DNA of 64,000 nucleotides from Rotaria socialis (Eukaryota): NCBI GenBank assembly GCA_905331295.1, contig CAJNYD010000073.1, positions 1 to 64,000 of the forward strand, read 5' to 3'. Shown piece by piece: positions 52,416 to 62,668 of this stretch (position 1 is its first letter; each line of letters starts with the position of its first letter). The notes under the pieces were generated by a model. It saw only the letters and a program-made list of their open reading frames with translations, ran no database searches and was not told where the DNA came from. The position numbers and the translations under genes were made by a program.

Positions 52416-52460
52416 AGGATGTGGACGTCTACTTCAACTTACTTCCCATCCACACTCACA
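52416..52460. repeat. Degenerate telomere-type inverted repeat element
   Basis: aggatgtggacg...cccatccacactcaca. Confidence 0.55.
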
Positions 52461-53299
52461 AGATAGAGTGAATGGATTTGTTTTGAACAACTAATCAGTC
52501 TGCACGAAATGAGTTAAATACCAATCTGGAACCAGTTTCGGTGGTGCAGGCTTAATGGTTACTACATTCTAGATTTGTCCCCATCATAGACACAGAAGAC
52601 AAAAGAATTTTTTTTTCCGCTAAGAGATAACTTTTCAAGTTTGAGATAAGTTTTGATTTCTAGGAAATTTTATTTTTTAGCGTGTCTTTCAAATAAATGC
52701 GATGACTTTGTAGTGTAAACTAAGCTCTTTGTAAGGCATCTTTGCGGAGTCGAAATAGATCGTTACAATTGCCTTAGCTAACATTTTTCATAAGTCAAAG
52801 AAACTGAGTAAATGTTTTGTACTCAACTATGACTTAACCATATCTTGCATTTGAAAGACAATAAATCCGAAAATAAAATTCCTCAGTTGCTCATGTAGAC
52901 ACCAAAGAGATCCATTCTGTTGAAGAATCTCTCTCAATAACCAGACATGAAGAATACAACGTATATCATACCTGTAACACTAAAATATAAGATTATTGAA
53001 CAGTTACTAAATAAAAAAACCAGATTGTATATTAGAAAAGATTAAAAATGGAATAGTAGAATGTAACTCCCATTATTTCTAGCTGTGAAATTGTATGGAG
53101 AACCCATAGCACACAATATTTTTTATATATGTGATACTCAGGCGGTGATATTAAAGCATTTTTTATTACAAAATGGGCTATAACATCACCCAATGCTTCA
53201 ATCAATAGTAACTAGAGACTTTTCGTACTTCGTTTTATCTCTCGTCAGAGATAATAGATGAAATGAAGTAGGAGGCGATGTTTCAACAAAGTAACGATG

Positions 53300-53362
53300 A
53301 GGGTGTGAGTGTCGTACAAAGTGTTGGTATGACCTCGGGAGATTGCAACATCCACATACCCT
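53300..53362. repeat. Telomere-type inverted repeat element
   Basis: agggtgtgagtgt...acatccacataccct. Confidence 0.75.
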
Positions 53363-53548
53363 AAAAGAATTATAATAGTTATTTAACTTTTACCTTACAT
53401 CTTGGAATTCGAACAAAACATTGCATGTATTTCTTCTTTTTGCTCATACCCATCAGTATCGTTACCGTGATACTATACTCTGACCATCTATGAGCGTAGT
53501 TTTTCCTTTTAACAAGTAATGCCCCTTGTAGAAGTTCACAGACTGATA

Positions 53549-53760
53549 CCATTGCGATATTGAAAAATGTAGTTATTATTCCATTTCCAAGCTTTTCCTT
53601 GGATAACAAATCTGATGTTGAATATTCATTGTACAAGGCATTAGCTTCTTCAAAATATTTGATCGACATAGAAAAATTCTTCTTTTTCGAATGCATTACA
53701 GATAACACTGTTGAACAATCGAAAACGTGTTATAATGGCACCTTCCGCAGTTCGTTCATG
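53549..53760 (-). pseudogene. Possible TPR-repeat gene fragment
   Basis: LSVMHSKKKNFSMSIKYFEEANALY...TTFFNIAM resembles a TPR helix pair; an upstream in-frame stop is present. Confidence 0.35.
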
Positions 53761-55036
53761 TTTTTGATTTGCTTGGATTATCATGTCATCTTCAAATTTA
53801 TTATCAGCAATAATAATCTAAAATAAATAAATTATTGTTTCATATCAGAAATTCATTTTATCATCTCTAAGTTTCAACGAATGTTTTTTCTCTTTTTTGA
53901 GGGTTTCGCTGTGAGATTAAGGTCTGGGCTTGATTATTCCGCAAATACACACCAGCCTCCTCAAGATAGATATAGTTCAAATGCTAATATTCAATTACCT
54001 ATAGTGGTGGAACCGTATAAAAGGAAACATTCTTCACAATGCGCTTCATAAATCATTGTCTTGCAGCAGATCGAATGTATATAGGGAATCCACTTTTTTT
54101 GTCATGAAATCGAGTACCTGGAGGTTTTTCAGGGCCCCGGCTTCAAATCCGACGCCTGATTTTAGTAATATTCAATATTTCAAAGTTTTTAAACTTACTT
54201 TAAAAATTTTTAATAACGCTTTATTTTTTTTAATTTTTGGAATTTATTAAATTACTTTAGATCTTACTCATTATGCTTTTTGGTTTCCGAAATTTCCTTT
54301 TGATTTTAGCAATTATTTTTACATTTATTTAATAAATTTAAATCTTTTATTATTTTTATTTTCATACCTTTTTTTTATCTATTTTGAAGTCTTTTCTTTT
54401 GTTCTAAACTTTGATCAAAATTTTTTGTAAAGCTCAAGAACTTTTATTCAATCAATAAAAATAAAAATAACAATAGCAATAAAATGAAAGTCACAACTAT
54501 AATGTCGTCTTGTGATGCAACTACGATGAAATAATCGCAGTTACGGTGTAACTGCGTCACAATTTTATCGCAATTGAACACATGGGTAAATTCTATTGCA
54601 TTACGGCAACGTAGGCTTCGTTCTTCTAGGTACATTCTTTCATTAAAAATACTGGATATATATACAGGATTTTGTTCTGTTTTCCTTATTTATCTGGTCA
54701 TGAATGGTTTTGTATTCTCGACGCGATTTCTAGGTCATATTCGTTAAGAAGCCCACTATCCTGGCGTCATTATTTGACGTTATGATGAAAATTATGATCA
54801 TGCATATCATGAGTCACATCACAATGATACATGAATGTGAATGAGTTATCAAGCGTATCGAGCAACCTTTTATTGAAAGTGACTTTTTGAATTTCTGACC
54901 AGTATTTTATTCGTTCTGTTCTTATCTACTGAACTGTATATATGTATTAAGTAAAAAGCGTTGGAGAATGAAAAAAATAGTCACTGTTCATAATTTTCTT
55001 CTGTTCGATAACGATTGTTTAGTCCGCACCAATTAC

Positions 55037-55492
55037 ATGAAAGAAATTATCATGATGATAGGTAAGGTTTGCACGAGAAATGCATAGAATGAAAATGTTT
55101 ATCTACTTTAAGTTTTGATCCTGATCGCATTAACGCAGATAATTTTGGCACATCCCATTCACAACGACACTTTGTCTACAACTTCTACATTGGCCTTTGA
55201 CTCAATGACCGATACAGTCACAGTAGATTTTATTTTGACATCTCCATCATCCAAAGATATGCTCCCTACAAATTCTACCTTTGCGTCACAATCAGTTAAC
55301 GATACAAGCACCATTGGCTTCATGACCAATGCTAGAGATGTATTTTCAAAACCATCGTTGAGCAGACAGCTGTCTGTTCCTGTAGCTTTCGCAATGATTG
55401 GTGGTTCTGTGATAGGGCTAGGTAGTGGTCTGGCACTATTATGGATCCTTTACAAAAAGAATGTCGTGCCGAAATCAGTTGCATCTACATAA
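55037..55492 (+). CDS. Small single-pass membrane protein, copy 2 (shorter ectodomain); exons 55037-55061 and 55113-55492
   Basis: Same 51-nt intron position, signal peptide, TM and KKN..KS..ST tail as the copy at 48569. Confidence 0.8.
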
Positions 55493-55813
55493 ATTGATCG
55501 TGGAATTTCTTAATATTTGTAAAGAATCATGTTCTATCATATATTAGACAAGTTAATTTGTATCTGTTAGTTTTTATCTCAACTGTTGTAACCTAAATAA
55601 AAGCATTTCCTCTTTGTATTGCTACTTTGATGTTCTTGATATAAGCGTCCAAAGTAAAGGGGAAAAGTGGTTCTTCTACCTGAAACATTCAGTATCAGAT
55701 AGAAATCTTTTCAAAAACATTTCTAAAGAAAAAGCATACTTATTTTAACTTTCTCAAACAAACGATATAATAAATAAGATTTATGATAAAACGTTAGGTT
55801 ATAAAATTTGATT

Positions 55814-55913
55814 TGTGGGTGTAAGTGTGAATGTGCGTGTGCGTATGGGTGTGGGTGCGGGTGTGAATTGTAGTCTGCTTTTCGTCCATACTCACGCATC
55901 CACACCCACACCC
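55814..55913. repeat. Telomere-type inverted repeat element (same spacer as 52208)
   Basis: gggtgtgggtgcgggtgtgaattgtagtctgcttttcgtccatactcacgcatccacacccacaccc. Confidence 0.88.
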
Positions 55914-56056
55914 ATTCTAATTACTTAGTCTTTAAATCAATCATTTTTTTATTGAAACATAAGTTAGTTCAAGCATTAAGTGGTTAATATGAAATCTAAA
56001 TAGACTAATTATGAAGAAAATCAAACGTGTATTTACTGTTTCTTATCGCCTTTGAT

Positions 56057-56110
56057 GGGGTGCTGGTGTAAGTGCAATTATGACTAAATAAGAATACACA
56101 CCCACAACCT
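56057..56110. repeat. Telomere-type inverted repeat element (spacer related to 60013)
   Basis: ggggtgctggtgtaagtgcaattatgactaaataagaatacacacccacaacct. Confidence 0.7.
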
Positions 56111-56454
56111 CCCAAAATAGGACACAGCTCGTTCAGGTCGAAATTATGTTCAACCAAAACTAATGAATTCCAGAGCCATATTTGGGAATGTAAAGACGGC
56201 GTTCTTCTCTGAGGTGCGAGGCTTGCGGAACTTAAGTCGCTTAAGTTAAGTGACTTCCAAATTCTAGAACTATAAATATAGATAGGGGTATTCTTTCCGG
56301 GTTGCGAGACTTACTGATTTTTCTTGGAAACGCAACCTTATGTATATGCATAGCTCTATATAGAATTCAGAAGTCCCAAGGGCATGCTTTGTTTGGCGTA
56401 ATGAAATTTTTTTTCCCAAAATTCCGTTTGAAATCAAAAAGCTCATAGACTCAT

Positions 56455-56933
56455 TTTGCATGTGCCTGAAGAGTCTTAGTTTTCTTTTATTGACGGTGTC
56501 TATGATGACTTTTTCTCTCGCTACTGTTTTTCGTATGTCTTCGTTTCTTATCATGTCTTTCCAGCTTACTCCTAATATTCTTTGGTAGCATTTCATCTCT
56601 AATATCAGAAGCTTCTTATCACTTTCCTTAAGGGTCCATGTTTCTGAGGTGTATAGGAGAACGCTAAAGACACATATTGTCAATATTCTGAGCTTATTCT
56701 GGATAGTTAATTTCTTATGGTCCCATACGTGTTTCAGGGATTCCATTGGACCTGCTACTTTACCTATTTGTCTTCTTATTTCCTCTGAACACTTTTGTCC
56801 CAGGTTATTAGATTCTGCAGATATTCGAACTCAGCTCGTTCTCGATATTCTTGTCTCCGATCTGAACTTTTTTTGTATGTTCTTGTCACCGAAAATCATG
56901 GTTTCGGGTTTGCAACATTCATGATTAGTGCTA
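56455..56933 (-). mobile_element. RTE-clade LINE RT C-terminal remnant
   Basis: EEIRRQIGK...VW..KKLTIQNKLRIL..CVFSVLLYTSETWTL...EMKCYQRILGVSWKDMIRNEDI...RKLRLF is the typical RTE post-RT region; frameshifts lie upstream. Confidence 0.85.
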
Positions 56934-57185
56934 TAACCACACCCACATTGCTGCCCAAGAGTATGCAGTTCTCAGAAAAAAAACTATCCCATTGGTGCCA
57001 TTCTTCGAAAAGAGCAGGTATTTTGACAGGTTTCTCGAAGAAGATGCGCTTCCAAAGCTATCGGCATTCATATATCTACTATTGCACGTTCGTTTTAGAT
57101 CATGTTTTATTAGAGACCTTATTTTCTAAGTGGTGTATTCTATTCCTCTTACTTAGCTCATAGTTAACGATAAAATACACCCACA

Positions 57186-59972
57186 ATGGGCGTACACGAG
57201 TCAAAGAGAAAAAATGTAAAAAGTGCAACTAACAGTGAAGTGAATATACCAGCATCACTGAGAACTATGCAGCGGAGACAACTTATGCCTAGAGATTATT
57301 TAGTCATCTGGTTAAGTGAACACATTGACTTAATAAATGAAGATAACATAACTGAATTCAAGGAACTACAAAAGGTGGTCAGGAATTTATATACCTGCGC
57401 AAACTATGATACATGTTTTGATCGCATCATTGAACACGAGCATGAAAAAGTGATTTTTATTTTATCGGCTCCTATAGAAAAGGTAAGAGTGCGACAGATC
57501 CATGATATGCCACAGATTTATAGTATTTATATCTATCGCAAAACTATAACTTCATATGAAGGCTGGAAGACCGAATTCAGCAAGATTCAGGCTATAGGCA
57601 CGGACATTAAATCCATCTGTGAAGCACTTCAGAAAACCATATGGCAACCAAATCAAAGCAGCACCTCAATAAGCTTCTTGACATCGTCTGATGATGGTTC
57701 CGAGCAAACTTTGGAAGATCTAGATCCTATATTTATGTATACTGAATTATTAAAAGAAATCATTCTTAATACGCAGTACAACACAAAAAATAGAAGGGAT
57801 TTTATCGAATTTTTGCGTGCTGAGAATAGAACGGATGCTAATAGGCTTAAAATGATTGATATATTCGAAAAGAACGACCCTCCACGAAGCTCCATTTCGT
57901 GGTATACTTATGATATTCTGTTTTATGACTTAGCTAACTCTTCTCTCCGAAACTTTAACGTTGAAAAAATTATCAAAAGCAGTTTTTTTCTATCGAGCCT
58001 GCATAGACAATTAGAAGATTTACACAAGCAAAGAGTTAACCTTGGTCATGGAAAGTTTTATGTTTATCGAGGACAAATATTATCGAAAGATGATTTTAAT
58101 AAACTACAGGAAGGTGCACTTATATCCTTCAATAGCTTTTTATCGACGAGTGAAGAAGAATCTGTCGCAAGCGGCTACGCTGAAAGTAATGCGAATGCAC
58201 CGGAAAATGGTGTGGGTGTACTTTTTCGTATGCTAATAGATCCCAACATTCCATCGACTCCATTTGCCCGTATTAAAAACATCAGCCAGTTTTATGATGA
58301 ACAAGAAGTACTTTTCTCTATGCAAGCGGTCTTCCGAATTCGCAAAATACAAGAATACCCCAAGAACAGCGCAGTTCGTCAAGTTGATCTTGATCTTACG
58401 CCAGATAAAGATCCGCAACTTTGTAAACTCAAAAACTTTATACGAGAAGAAATTGATGGTAAGACAGATTGGGACCGTTTGGGCAAACTACTAATTAAAA
58501 TAGGTCAATATAGCGAAGCTGAAAAATGGTATACTACACAGCTAAAACAGATATCTAGTGATAGGAATGCAGTAGACGATATTGAATACTACCTCGGAAT
58601 TGCGAAATTAGAACAAGGAGAGTACCAAGATGCAGCTTCATTTTTCAAAAAATCGTTGGAAATCACACGACATAGTTCGTCAAAAGGTCCTGCTTTGTTG
58701 GCTGGCATTCATAGCATGATCGGCAGCGCGTATAAAGGCATGGGCGACTACTTGAAAGCTCTTGAATCTTATGAAATAGCCTATGATATCTTCAAATTAA
58801 ATCCGCACTGTAATGGACATCTATTTGGTTCTTTGTGCAATCAAATCGGTGCAGTTTACCATGACATGGGTCAGTACGTAGAAGCACTTAATTATTACGA
58901 AATAGCACGCGATACCTACAAAATAATTCTCCCATCCAATCATCCTATATTGGCTTCCACCTATAATAACATCGGTGAATTGTACAGATGTCTGGGTAAC
59001 TACTCAAAAGCACTCGACTCTCACAAATTAGCTTTGGAAATTGACAAAAAATCTTTGCCTCACAATCATGTCGATTTGGCTACTTCCTTGAACAACATTG
59101 GTATAGTGTACGAAAAAATGAAAGACTACATGAATGCAATGTATTATCACACAAGCGCACGTGAAATCTTCGAAAAGCTAGATTACAAGCATCCAGGATT
59201 GGCCAATTCCTATCATAACATCGCTGAAGTATATCGCCAGTTGGGTAAATATTCAAATGCATTAGAATATTTTGAAAAGGGCTTGGAAATTTGTCAAAAA
59301 ACACTCGATTCACACCATCCATCATTAGCTATTTCCTACCAATGCATTGGAGCAGTACATACGTCTATGAAAAACTATTCGACAGCACTTGAGTTTCTCG
59401 TAAAAGGACAAAAAACCTTGGAAAACTCTCAGCATGAAACTAACCCTGCTTTGGTCGATATCTACAAAACTATCGGCGCTGTTTATACGAACATGTGTGA
59501 TTACTTGAAAGCATTAGAATATTTTCAAAAATCGCACGATATGCTGGTAACAGTGTTACCTTTGAACTATCCATCATTGGCCGACTTATACAGATGTTTT
59601 AGTTCAGTATATTATAAAATGAGTGACTACTCAAAGGCTCTGGAATATTGCGATAAAACACTTCAAATGGAAGAAATGATTTCGCCTCGAAATCGTTCCA
59701 GTGTGGGGCATACTTACTCATTTATGGGTAAAATATATCGAGAAATGAGTAATAGCAGGAAAGCAGCTGAGTTTTACAAAAAGGCATCTGATATCATTGG
59801 AGTATCTTTGCCTGTGACCATTCGCGATGAAAACGGGTCCTTCACCACTACTGGTATAACAATTAGTTGCATTGGCGGCGACTCTCACGTATCTGACTTA
59901 CATGAGCACTTGCGAAACACGCTGCAGAATTTATACAACGAAAACCGTAAATCAGTAAATTCAAGAAATTAA
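57186..59972 (+). CDS. ADP-ribosyltransferase (R-S-E clade) + TPR-repeat protein, 928 aa, single ORF
   Basis: VYRGQ, FNSFLSTS and DEQEVLF catalytic motifs; ~10 42-aa kinesin-light-chain-type TPRs (HP.LA.SYNNIG..Y); N-terminal MGVHESK; AATAAA downstream. Confidence 0.92.
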   Translation: MGVHESKRKNVKSATNSEVNIPASLRTMQRRQLMPRDYLVIWLSEHIDLINEDNITEFKELQKVVRNLYTCANYDTCFDRIIEHEHEKVIFILSAPIEKVRVRQIHDMPQIYSIYIYRKTITSYEGWKTEFSKIQAIGTDIKSICEALQKTIWQPNQSSTSISFLTSSDDGSEQTLEDLDPIFMYTELLKEIILNTQYNTKNRRDFIEFLRAENRTDANRLKMIDIFEKNDPPRSSISWYTYDILFYDLANSSLRNFNVEKIIKSSFFLSSLHRQLEDLHKQRVNLGHGKFYVYRGQILSKDDFNKLQEGALISFNSFLSTSEEESVASGYAESNANAPENGVGVLFRMLIDPNIPSTPFARIKNISQFYDEQEVLFSMQAVFRIRKIQEYPKNSAVRQVDLDLTPDKDPQLCKLKNFIREEIDGKTDWDRLGKLLIKIGQYSEAEKWYTTQLKQISSDRNAVDDIEYYLGIAKLEQGEYQDAASFFKKSLEITRHSSSKGPALLAGIHSMIGSAYKGMGDYLKALESYEIAYDIFKLNPHCNGHLFGSLCNQIGAVYHDMGQYVEALNYYEIARDTYKIILPSNHPILASTYNNIGELYRCLGNYSKALDSHKLALEIDKKSLPHNHVDLATSLNNIGIVYEKMKDYMNAMYYHTSAREIFEKLDYKHPGLANSYHNIAEVYRQLGKYSNALEYFEKGLEICQKTLDSHHPSLAISYQCIGAVHTSMKNYSTALEFLVKGQKTLENSQHETNPALVDIYKTIGAVYTNMCDYLKALEYFQKSHDMLVTVLPLNYPSLADLYRCFSSVYYKMSDYSKALEYCDKTLQMEEMISPRNRSSVGHTYSFMGKIYREMSNSRKAAEFYKKASDIIGVSLPVTIRDENGSFTTTGITISCIGGDSHVSDLHEHLRNTLQNLYNENRKSVNSRN

Positions 59973-60012
59973 TAAATTCAATAAAAGATCGAACTATCTC
60001 TTAATGAAAAAC

Positions 60013-60082
60013 GGGCGTGGGTGTGGGTGCTATTATAGCTACATAAGAATAGGCACCGATGCCCACACCCACACCCACACCC
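60013..60082. repeat. Telomere-type inverted repeat element
   Basis: gggcgtgggtgtgggtgc...gcccacacccacacccacaccc; a smaller gggtg..caccc follows at 60104-60121. Confidence 0.88.
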
Positions 60083-60497
60083 AACACATACTATGTATAT
60101 GTACGGGTGCGACATCACCCTAACAGATCCTCATGGGTCCTAGGATCTGCTTTTCGCCCCTTACTGTAGCACGTATGAAGTAAATACTAATATGTCAGAT
60201 CTTTTATCAGATATGTAATTTCACAACCAGGAGTAAGAATGAGATGTTGATATCATTGTCATGATATATATGTGACAGAAGCCTGCAATAGATACAACGC
60301 ACATTTTTGTTCTTGTCCTCTGAGTAAATGCTTTACATTTTTCTGCTATTTTAAAATATCTTCTTCTTCTTCGATATAAAGTCGTTATTTCAACAAAGAA
60401 ATATTAATAATTCATTTCTGGTTTCTTTTTATTTGAGATCTAGAGAATAGTTCTTTTTGAAAGCATAACATTTGTTTCCCAAAAATACAATTTCAAA

Positions 60498-60950
60498 ATG
60501 GGCAATTGTTTTCCTGGTGGTGAAGCGTCTTTAATAAGTTTAGTAGCTTTTGATTACGAAGTTGATGAAAACCAAGTGACTGTTGTCTCGCAAACTGGTG
60601 GCCTTGGCCAAGGGATATATCTAGTAACATTTCCTGGTATCACCACTCCTATCCGGTATGATCGCGTGGGCTCCGTTTATATGCGCCATTCCAGTGCACC
60701 TCCACTACCTCATGAAGTGTCGAATCAAGTCACACCAACCGGTAAACCATCGAATCATGCGGTCATTGCATATGCAGCAGCAGATAATCAGATTCCAGCT
60801 CAATCTATCACAATGATTAAGATGAATGAAGAAAGAGGCTCAGGAAGCTATCATTTGAATGTTAATGGCAATCGAATTGTTTACAAAAAAATGGGAACTG
60901 CTTTCATGAAAGCTGGTTCAATAATACCTGGCACCAATATTGTTGTTTAA
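60498..60950 (+). CDS. Unknown 150-aa protein with MGNC lipidation-type N-terminus and two internal repeats
   Basis: TATA-like tataaa at ~60375, ATG in aaaATGG context, coding-like composition, AATAAA at ~61049. Confidence 0.75.
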   Translation: MGNCFPGGEASLISLVAFDYEVDENQVTVVSQTGGLGQGIYLVTFPGITTPIRYDRVGSVYMRHSSAPPLPHEVSNQVTPTGKPSNHAVIAYAAADNQIPAQSITMIKMNEERGSGSYHLNVNGNRIVYKKMGTAFMKAGSIIPGTNIVV

Positions 60951-61137
60951 ATTTAGATGTTTTTGATTATAACTATGGTTGATTTATCTTTATTTTAGTT
61001 TATAAATATAAATATCTTATTTATAATTATCCTTGATCATAAAGGAATAATAAATATAAAGTAATATCTTCATAGAGGAATACATTATTTTCATGGTCCT
61101 GCTCTTAATGTGACCTCACCCTGTGATAGACATTATA

Positions 61138-61196
61138 AGGGTGTGGGTGTAGGTGTGTTTTCACAAAGAGATATACACACACACACACACACACCC
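61138..61196. repeat. Telomere-type inverted repeat element with (CA)n expansion
   Basis: agggtgtgggtgtaggtgtg...(ca)n ccc. Confidence 0.8.
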
Positions 61197-62001
61197 AATA
61201 AAAAAAATGTGGCATTCTCATCGGATATCTCGATAACTCCAAAACTAAATATATTTTCCCAACACATTCACATAGAAACCGTCAAATTAGCGACCATATT
61301 CGAGCTTCGATGCATCGTATCCCTATTATCCTTATATGTTTTGTGTACTAGTAAGCCTCTTGACATATCTTCTGTTCAAATATATTATTCATTTTTCTTT
61401 CTCGTCCACCATTACCGATGTTGTATTGTATCTCTCTACTCAGACACGGCTGAGAATATCAGATGTTGTCTTATTAAAAAGCTTGGACAATCTTGTGTTA
61501 AATACGATTAACGCGAATAATTATCATGATCTTCTATTTATAGTGTACAACAAGTATTTAATCACGTTGATGATAGATTTGCAAGAAAACTCACAGAATA
61601 TTCTTCGGCAATTTTATGACAAGACACCATTCGCTATTATCCCTATGGATATTATTAGTGACATTAGATGTAAATGCATTATACTTATAAATGATAGACA
61701 TAGTCGATACATTCATTTTCCTGCATGCCTATACAAGAACTTTTGTAACCCATCAGATTGGCTACATCAATGCTTAATGGCACTTAATTATCCATATCGA
61801 TATAAGTATGTTCGAGTTTTTAATGCTATGCTTCGCATCGCATTTCTGTAGTTCGTCGCGAGTTTTTCTTTTCTTTTACTTTTTCGACGTACGCATCACA
61901 TCTCGTCGTTTTGTTGTGCAATGATCTCGAGAACCGAAAATCATAGAAAAGTCATTGAAACGGGAGATGGAAGTATCAAGACGGAACCTTGAACATCTGC
62001 A

Positions 62002-62584
62002 CACTAAATAAAAATGCGTCGGCTGTATGTGTCGTAAATTTTTGCGTTGTGCTCTCTATTACAAAAATGTGTCGTAAATTTTTGTGTCGCGCTTTGAATG
62101 AAAAAAATGTGTCGTATATTTTTTGCGTTCTGTCAGTCGACTAGTCGTTCACCGTTTTGTTATGAACATACAGCGACATATAAGAAACATCGTTGAACGC
62201 ATGGAAGATAAGTTCTCGAAATAAAATTTTCTTTGAATTTAATTCTTGGTTACTTTATAATCAAGGAATTGCCATCCCGATCCATGATCCGGGAAGGACT
62301 ACACTGGATAGTCTGATAGGAATCGGACCAATTCCAAATCAGCCAGATCTTAGGATCTGATCAGATTGAATTTTCAAAAAATAAAGAGATATATGTAATT
62401 AAATTAAAAAATATCGAAATATGCGTTTCAAAAACAACCAATGAAAATGTGTCGGATGTGTCGTGAAAAATGCGTCGTGGTCTTGCTGGGCAGAATGTGT
62501 CGCAACGAGCACCTCATGTCGTACTCGAATGTGTCGTGCTTTGTGTCGTAGTTTACGACACACCCGACACATTTTTACTTAGTG
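62002..62584. mobile_element. CACTA-ended MITE with subterminal TGTGTCG repeats
   Basis: cactaaataaaaatgcgtcgg pairs with ccgacacatttttacttagtg; many tgtgtcg/tgcgtcg units near both ends. Confidence 0.75.
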
Positions 62585-62668
62585 TGTGTTTTCGAAACTT
62601 CAATCTGAAGTTCCATTCAGTCACAAATGTCGTTCCAAAATGACGATAATGAAAGAAATTTGTGCTTT

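Noticed and set aside
61336..61851. 171-aa ORF
   Set aside because: It has no recognisable domain or clear start, and coding status cannot be supported from sequence alone.
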